Source: Pseudomonadales bacterium
GTDB taxonomy: Bacteria; Pseudomonadota; Gammaproteobacteria; Pseudomonadales; IMCC2047
DNA length: 64,000 nt
Reading direction: 5' to 3'
Assembly (NCBI GenBank): GCA_041395865.1
Contig: JAWKZQ010000005.1
Span: 1,679 to 65,678, forward strand
Shown here: one piece after another, positions 59,011 through 64,000 of the stretch
Numbering within the stretch: position 1 is the stretch's first letter
Layout: every line of letters starts with the position of its first letter
Program-made: the position numbers and the translations under genes
The notes under the pieces: model-generated
The model's database searches: none
Seen by the model: the letters and a program-made list of their open reading frames with translations, nothing else
Told to the model about the DNA's origin: nothing

Positions 59011-60354
59011 TTAAGAAACCTGATCCCGGTTGACCCATTCTCCACGCATTGAGTGAGGCATGGCTGCCTTGATTTCGATATCCACGAATTTACCAACCAG
59101 ATCCTCACCGTTAGCGTCGAAAATGACCACACGGTTATTTTCGGTACGCCCCTGTAGTTGCGATGGGTCTTTTTTCGAGGGGCCTGCCACCAGGATACGC
59201 TGGGTGCTGCCAACCATCGCTTCGCTGATGGCCATAGCCTGTTGGGTGATGCGGCCCTGTAGAATATGCAGGCGCTGCTTTTTCACCGCTTCGGGTGTGT
59301 GGTCTTCCAGTTCCGCTGCCGGTGTGCCGGGACGCGCACTATAGATGAAGCTGAATGAAACGTCGTAGCCGATGGTTTCGATCAGCTTCATGGTGTCGGC
59401 AAAGTCCTCTTCGGTTTCGCCGGGGAAGCCGATGATAAAGTCCGAGGAGAGGCAGATATCCGGGCGGATTTCGCGCAGGCGCTCGATTTTATCAATGTAC
59501 TCTTCGATTTCGTGGCCACGCTTCATGGCGGCCAGGATGCGGTTGGAACCGCTTTGCACAGGCAGGTGCAGGTGGCTGACCAGCTCGGGGACTTCGCCGT
59601 ACACCGCAATCAGGCTGTCGGAGAATTCCACCGGGTGGGAGGTGGTAAAGCGGATGCGGTCGATGCCCTCAATGGCTGCAACGTAGGTAATCAGCTCGGC
59701 CAGGTCGATCTGGCTGCCGTCATGGGAAAGCCCGCGGTAAGCATTGACGTTCTGGCCCAGCAGGTTTACTTCGCGTACACCCTGAGCGGCCAGGTGGGCC
59801 ACTTCGGCAATGACATCGTCGAAGGGGCGGCTGACCTCTTCGCCACGGGTATAGGGCACCACGCAGAAGGTGCAGTATTTGCTGCAACCTTCCATGATGG
59901 AGACGAAGGCGCTGACACCGTCGGCCTCGGGTTCGGGCAGACGGTCAAACTTCTCGATTTCCGGGAAGGAAACATCCACGACCGGAATGTGGTTGGCTTT
60001 GGATGCATCGATCATTTCCGGCAGTCGATGCAGTGTCTGTGGGCCGAATACCATATCGACGTAGGGTGCGCGATCACGAATTGCTTCGCCTTCCTGGCTG
60101 GCCACGCAGCCGCCCACGCCGATCATCAGGTCGGGATTCTTGGCTTTGAGTTGCTTCCAGCGACCCAGCTGGTGGAACACTTTTTCCTGAGCCTTTTCGC
60201 GGATTGAGCAGGTGTTAAGCAGGATAACATCCGCTTCGGCTTCGTTATCGGTAAGCTCCAATTCATGGCTGACGCCCAGCAGATCGGCCATGCGCGACGA
60301 ATCGTACTCGTTCATCTGACAGCCGTGGGTTTTAATGAAAAGCTTTTTTGCCAT
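59011..60354 (-). CDS. miaB: tRNA-2-methylthio-N6-dimethylallyladenosine synthase
   Basis: [20 protein letters not shown]-terminus, radical-SAM [13 protein letters not shown], and a TRAM C-domain. ATG 60354 is preferred over the ORF-track start 60417. Confidence 0.95.
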   Translation of the reverse strand: MAKKLFIKTHGCQMNEYDSSRMADLLGVSHELELTDNEAEADVILLNTCSIREKAQEKVFHQLGRWKQLKAKNPDLMIGVGGCVASQEGEAIRDRAPYVDMVFGPQTLHRLPEMIDASKANHIPVVDVSFPEIEKFDRLPEPEADGVSAFVSIMEGCSKYCTFCVVPYTRGEEVSRPFDDVIAEVAHLAAQGVREVNLLGQNVNAYRGLSHDGSQIDLAELITYVAAIEGIDRIRFTTSHPVEFSDSLIAVYGEVPELVSHLHLPVQSGSNRILAAMKRGHEIEEYIDKIERLREIRPDICLSSDFIIGFPGETEEDFADTMKLIETIGYDVSFSFIYSARPGTPAAELEDHTPEAVKKQRLHILQGRITQQAMAISEAMVGSTQRILVAGPSKKDPSQLQGRTENNRVVIFDANGEDLVGKFVDIEIKAAMPHSMRGEWVNRDQVS

Positions 60355-60646
60355 GACGGATAACCAAGGTTGCTGGGCCAGGATCTGTAAAACAAGGCCG
60401 ATAAAATGGGTGCGCATTATACTCGCAATAAACGTGTTTATTCAATGAGTTGCGCTTTGCGTCTGTCGACATTCATCGAGGATAGCCAAGGCTTTAGAAT
60501 TTTCTCCAAAAGGGTAAAATGGGCGGTACGGAATCAGGGAAAAGAACCCCCTGCATCAACGGGGGTCTAACTTTTACCAGAGCGATCAAGTGATAAGGCG
60601 GTCGCGCTTTTAACGCCAGCGGATCGGCCGCCCGGATTAAGAAGGC

Positions 60647-61912
60647 ATGACGCTTAATAAAGGGCAAGCCCTTGTATTGGTGCTGGCTTCGCTTGCTACC
60701 CAGCCAAGTGTTGAAGCCGCAGAAGGGGCGATTGAATCATCATTGACCCAGTCCACGGGAACGTCGCAGGAGCAGGCCCGGGGTACAGCTCAAACCGAAT
60801 TTCATTTCAGGCAGTTTTCTTCCCTGAAAGACGCCATCCTGCTCTACGAAGCGATTCAGTATAGCGGGGACTGGCGTTCCTTCGCGCCGGGACCATCGCT
60901 AAAAGCGGGCGAACGGCATGCCCAGGTTGCTCTTTTGAGGGGGCAGCTTGCTTTGCTGGGCGACCTGCCGCCGCAAACGCTATACCAGAAAGGATCGCAA
61001 TATTTTGATAAGCCGCTTGAAACTGCATTAAAGCGTTTCCAGAAACGCCATTCGATTAAGGCTGACGGTGTCCTGGGTCCGCAAACGCGACGTGAGCTTA
61101 ACGTCCCTCCCTGGCAACGGGTCGATCAGCTGGTTCTCAATAGCTATCGGCAGGAGCAGTTGCACCCCTCCGCCGAGAGCTACCTGCATGTTAATCTGCC
61201 TGAATATCGTTTACGCCTTTACCATCAGGGTGAAGTAAAGCTGGATATGCGTACCGTGGTTGGTAAGCCTGATCGCCAGACGCCGGTCTTCAGTTCGGTG
61301 GTGAACCGGGTGGTTGTAAATCCCGACTGGAATGTGCCAAAAAGTATTGCCTATCGGGATATCCTGCCGAAGCTGCAGCGTGATCCCGGTTTTTTGGAAA
61401 AGCGTAACCTGAGAGTACTGTCCGGCTGGAGCGAGCCACAAGTTGAAGTTGCCAGGGAGAACGTGGACTTCGCGCAAATGTATCTGGGTAAAACCTACTA
61501 TCGTTTCTGGGAGCCGCCGGGTAGAAGTAATACCTTGGGCCGAGTGAAATTCCAGCTTTCTTCGGACAACAGTATTTACCTGCATGACACCAGGGATAAG
61601 CACCTGTTTGGTGCCGAGAAGCGAGCTTTTAGCTCAGGTTGTATCCGGCTGGAAAACCCGCGCGGACTTGCCGATGCGCTGGTCCAGCTCTCCAACCGGT
61701 GGTCCCCGGACATGCTTGATCCGCTTTTCGAACAGGATGAAACCATCAAGCTTAAGCTATTGGAGCCGGTGCCGGTGTATGTGACCTATTGGACGGCCTG
61801 GCTTGACGAGGGGGGGACGCTTAAGTTTGCAAGCGACTTCTATGAGCGGGATGCGGCCGATTTCGAGGTCTATAGGGCCTTGCATCAACAGGTCGGCATG
61901 CTGGAAAACTGA
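60647..61912 (+). CDS. L,D-transpeptidase (YcbB/LdtD-like) with peptidoglycan-binding domain
   Basis: 421 aa. Signal peptide, PG_binding_1-like repeat (LKRFQKRHSIKADGVLGPQT), and a YkuD domain with catalytic HDT...SSGCIRL. Confidence 0.85.
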   Translation: MTLNKGQALVLVLASLATQPSVEAAEGAIESSLTQSTGTSQEQARGTAQTEFHFRQFSSLKDAILLYEAIQYSGDWRSFAPGPSLKAGERHAQVALLRGQLALLGDLPPQTLYQKGSQYFDKPLETALKRFQKRHSIKADGVLGPQTRRELNVPPWQRVDQLVLNSYRQEQLHPSAESYLHVNLPEYRLRLYHQGEVKLDMRTVVGKPDRQTPVFSSVVNRVVVNPDWNVPKSIAYRDILPKLQRDPGFLEKRNLRVLSGWSEPQVEVARENVDFAQMYLGKTYYRFWEPPGRSNTLGRVKFQLSSDNSIYLHDTRDKHLFGAEKRAFSSGCIRLENPRGLADALVQLSNRWSPDMLDPLFEQDETIKLKLLEPVPVYVTYWTAWLDEGGTLKFASDFYERDAADFEVYRALHQQVGMLEN

Positions 61913-61985
61913 TCAAAAACTGTACAACTTGATGCGTCTTGACTATACTCCGGCAAGTTTTTGTCACACCCGGTTGTATTGCTTT

Positions 61986-62546
61986 ATGCCTCATCAGATT
62001 TCTTCTTGCCGTCGCAATTTTCTACGCAAAATAGGCGGTCTGACCGCGGGTCTTGCGGTTTCTTCCACAGCATTTGCCAAATTACCTGCTACCCCTTACG
62101 AACGCAGTTTGCAGTTTTATAACCTGCATACGGGCGAGTCCTTGAATACTGTTTTTAGTATTGAAGGTCGTTTTGTGAAGGAGAGTCTGCAGGATATTAA
62201 TCACCTGCTGCGCGATCATCGCACCGATGAAGTTAGAGCGATTGATCCTCGATTGCTGACACTGCTCGACGATTTGAAAAACCTGGTGGGAAACAAACAG
62301 CCTTTCCATATTATTTCCGGGTATCGATCCCCGGCGACCAATCAGATGTTGAACCAGCAAAGCAACGGCGTCGCTAAGCAAAGCCTGCATATGAAGGGCA
62401 TGGCAATTGATATCCGTGTCCCCGGTGTCGATACACGCGCATTGCAAAAAAGCGCCTTGTCCTTGCAGGGCGGGGGGGTAGGTCTGTATACCCGCAGTGA
62501 TTTTGTGCATGTCGATGTTGGGCGTGTGCGTAGCTGGGGCAGCTAA
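61986..62546 (+). CDS. DUF882 / peptidase M15A-like protein (YcbK/MepK-like), Tat-exported
   Basis: Twin-arginine signal SCRRNFLRKIGGLTAGLAV...AFA. Motifs SGYRSP, HMKGMAIDI and FVHVDV. ATG 61986 is preferred; the ORF track starts inside the upstream gene. Confidence 0.8.
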   Translation: MPHQISSCRRNFLRKIGGLTAGLAVSSTAFAKLPATPYERSLQFYNLHTGESLNTVFSIEGRFVKESLQDINHLLRDHRTDEVRAIDPRLLTLLDDLKNLVGNKQPFHIISGYRSPATNQMLNQQSNGVAKQSLHMKGMAIDIRVPGVDTRALQKSALSLQGGGVGLYTRSDFVHVDVGRVRSWGS

Positions 62547-62678
62547 ATACGAAAGCCAGCCTGTTGAAACCTGCTTTTTATCCTGTGCTGGTTTAGCATA
62601 GCGGCCACGAATGAGTGCTTGCAGCGCGGGCTATGTCGCGCTGCGGACCCGCCAAAATAAACGATTAAGAGGCTCGCG

Positions 62679-62861
62679 ATGAAAAAAGTACTGGCTGTGG
62701 TTGCCGGCGTCACACTCTCTTCCCTGTTAATCGCCTGCTCGCCAGAGGTGGGGACAAAAGCCTGGTGTGAGGCGATGGGCGATAAACCGCGTGGCGATTG
62801 GACGGTCAATGAGGCAACGGATTTTGCTAAATACTGTGTGCTGAAAAACTACAAAGAGTAG
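62679..62861 (+). CDS. Small lipoprotein, DUF3012-like
   Basis: 60 aa. Lipobox LLIAC, followed by WCEAMGDKPRGDWTVNEATDFAKYC. Confidence 0.6.
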   Translation: MKKVLAVVAGVTLSSLLIACSPEVGTKAWCEAMGDKPRGDWTVNEATDFAKYCVLKNYKE

Positions 62862-62890
62862 GTTTTCCTTTGGCTCGCTAGGGCCGCTTC

Positions 62891-63892
62891 TTACGTGCTT
62901 GAGGCGATGTTTTCGTCAAGGGATGCAAGGGGCTCGACATTCTTTTCCGGGACGCCTTCCCTAATTTCCCCCGGTTGGAACTGGTTGTGAATGTAATAGC
63001 GATTCCTGCCGATCTGTTTGGCCTTATACATGGCTTTGTCGGCCAGTTGAATCAGTTCGTTACTGGTTAAGCTGTCATTCGGGCAGATGGCCACGCCTAT
63101 ACTGGCGGTAATTTGTAGTTCAAGGTCGTCTACAAAATAGGGGGTGCCGAGCTTCTCCAGTAGCTTGTTGCAGACCTGCTCGATGTCGAAGGTGCCGCCG
63201 CGGATATTTTTCATGATCACCAGGAATTCGTCGCCACCGAAGCGGGCAATAACATCGGATTCCCGGAACGTTTCCCGAATGCGTTCGCTCGCCATGCGGA
63301 GCACTTCGTCGCCCAACAGGTGGCCATGGGTGTCATTAATATGTTTGAATTTATCCAGGTCGATGAACAGGAGCGCAAACTCGCTTTTGTAGCGTTTGGT
63401 ATTGAGGGTCATCTGTTCCAGCCGGTCGCTGAACAGGTTGCGATTGGCAAGGCCGGTGACTGCATCGGTAAAAGCCATGTCGCGGATTTGCTGCTCGGAT
63501 GCGCGAAGCGCCAACTCCATTTGTTTACGCTCGCTGATATCCTGGATAAAACCATCCAGGTACTTGAGCTCGCCGGCACGGGAAAAAACGCCGCACCCGG
63601 TTTCTGTGACCCACTTGATCGATTGGTCCTTGGCGATAACCCTGAATTCAACGGAGTAAAACGTCTTTTGCGCTAAAGCATGCCTGACGGCCTGGTTAAC
63701 GAGAGGGATATCGTCAGGGTGAATAATGCTGGAGAAAGCCCTGACTTCATTGCCAATAAACTCATGGGCAGGAAACCCCGTGAAGTTTTCAATGGCGTTG
63801 TTAATGAACAGCATTGTCCAGTTTTCATCGCACTGGCAACGGTAGAAAATTGCGGGAATATTTTGAATCAATCCTTCGAAAAAGTCGGCCAT
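62891..63892 (-). CDS. PAS-domain diguanylate cyclase (GGDEF)
   Basis: 333 aa. N-terminal PAS domain. GGDEF domain with an intact active site RFGGDEF and an RxxD I-site (RESD) five residues upstream. Confidence 0.9.
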   Translation of the reverse strand: MADFFEGLIQNIPAIFYRCQCDENWTMLFINNAIENFTGFPAHEFIGNEVRAFSSIIHPDDIPLVNQAVRHALAQKTFYSVEFRVIAKDQSIKWVTETGCGVFSRAGELKYLDGFIQDISERKQMELALRASEQQIRDMAFTDAVTGLANRNLFSDRLEQMTLNTKRYKSEFALLFIDLDKFKHINDTHGHLLGDEVLRMASERIRETFRESDVIARFGGDEFLVIMKNIRGGTFDIEQVCNKLLEKLGTPYFVDDLELQITASIGVAICPNDSLTSNELIQLADKAMYKAKQIGRNRYYIHNQFQPGEIREGVPEKNVEPLASLDENIASST

Positions 63893-64000
63893 GACTCCGT
63901 GCCTTTGATGTGCTTTTTGCGCACAAGGTTGTGCAAATAACCGAGCAGTATAATTATAAATCGTTGAAAATCTAACTTTTTTGGATTGAGTTTTGGATTG

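Overview
This is a 64-kb chromosomal window from a gammaproteobacterium, with G+C well above 50% by eye. It is densely packed with housekeeping genes on both strands.

From the left, the window runs: an M20 peptidase, purH, fis-dusB, prmA, aroQ-accB-accC, dsbD, a PCu(A)C copper chaperone, ppa next to a PPi-type phosphofructokinase, mpl-ubiX, and proA. Next comes the classic cell-wall and ybe locus: nadD-rsfS-rlmH-mrdA-rodA-mltB-rlpA-dacA-dat-ybeD-lipB-lipA, an OmpA-family porin, and holA-lptE-leuS with a ybeL-like gene. At the right side lie ygiQ, lnt-corC-ybeY-ybeZ-miaB, an L,D-transpeptidase/DUF882 pair, and a PAS-GGDEF cyclase.

Between the two conserved blocks, at roughly 42.6-52.6 kb, sits a heterogeneous accessory stretch. 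It holds a CBS protein, a PEP-CTERM protein, a DUF815 ATPase, a multidomain lipoprotein, a cytochrome b plus membrane-anchored LuxR pair, and an HPP/TetR divergon.

The stand-out feature is a visibly AT-rich single-gene island at 50081..52498 on the minus strand. It encodes an 805-aa protein with three parts:
- an N-terminal Mrr-like PD-(D/E)xK nuclease signature;
- a central NACHT/STAND NTPase (Walker A AGYGMGKT, Walker B LLIVLDGFDE, and an FSHRSFQEYLVAEY winged-helix motif);
- an unassignable C-terminal domain.

I interpret it as a candidate uncharacterised single-gene anti-phage (Avs/bNACHT-like) system.

Two genes are each broken by a one-base deficit in a short homopolymer: mrdA/PBP2, exactly at the SxxK lysine codon, and a YbaY/MliC/META lipoprotein. 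This pattern suggests sequencing error, but real pseudogenisation cannot be excluded.

I saw no rRNA, tRNA, CRISPR array, transposase or integrase. All protein identifications come from reading motifs in the supplied translations; no database search was possible.
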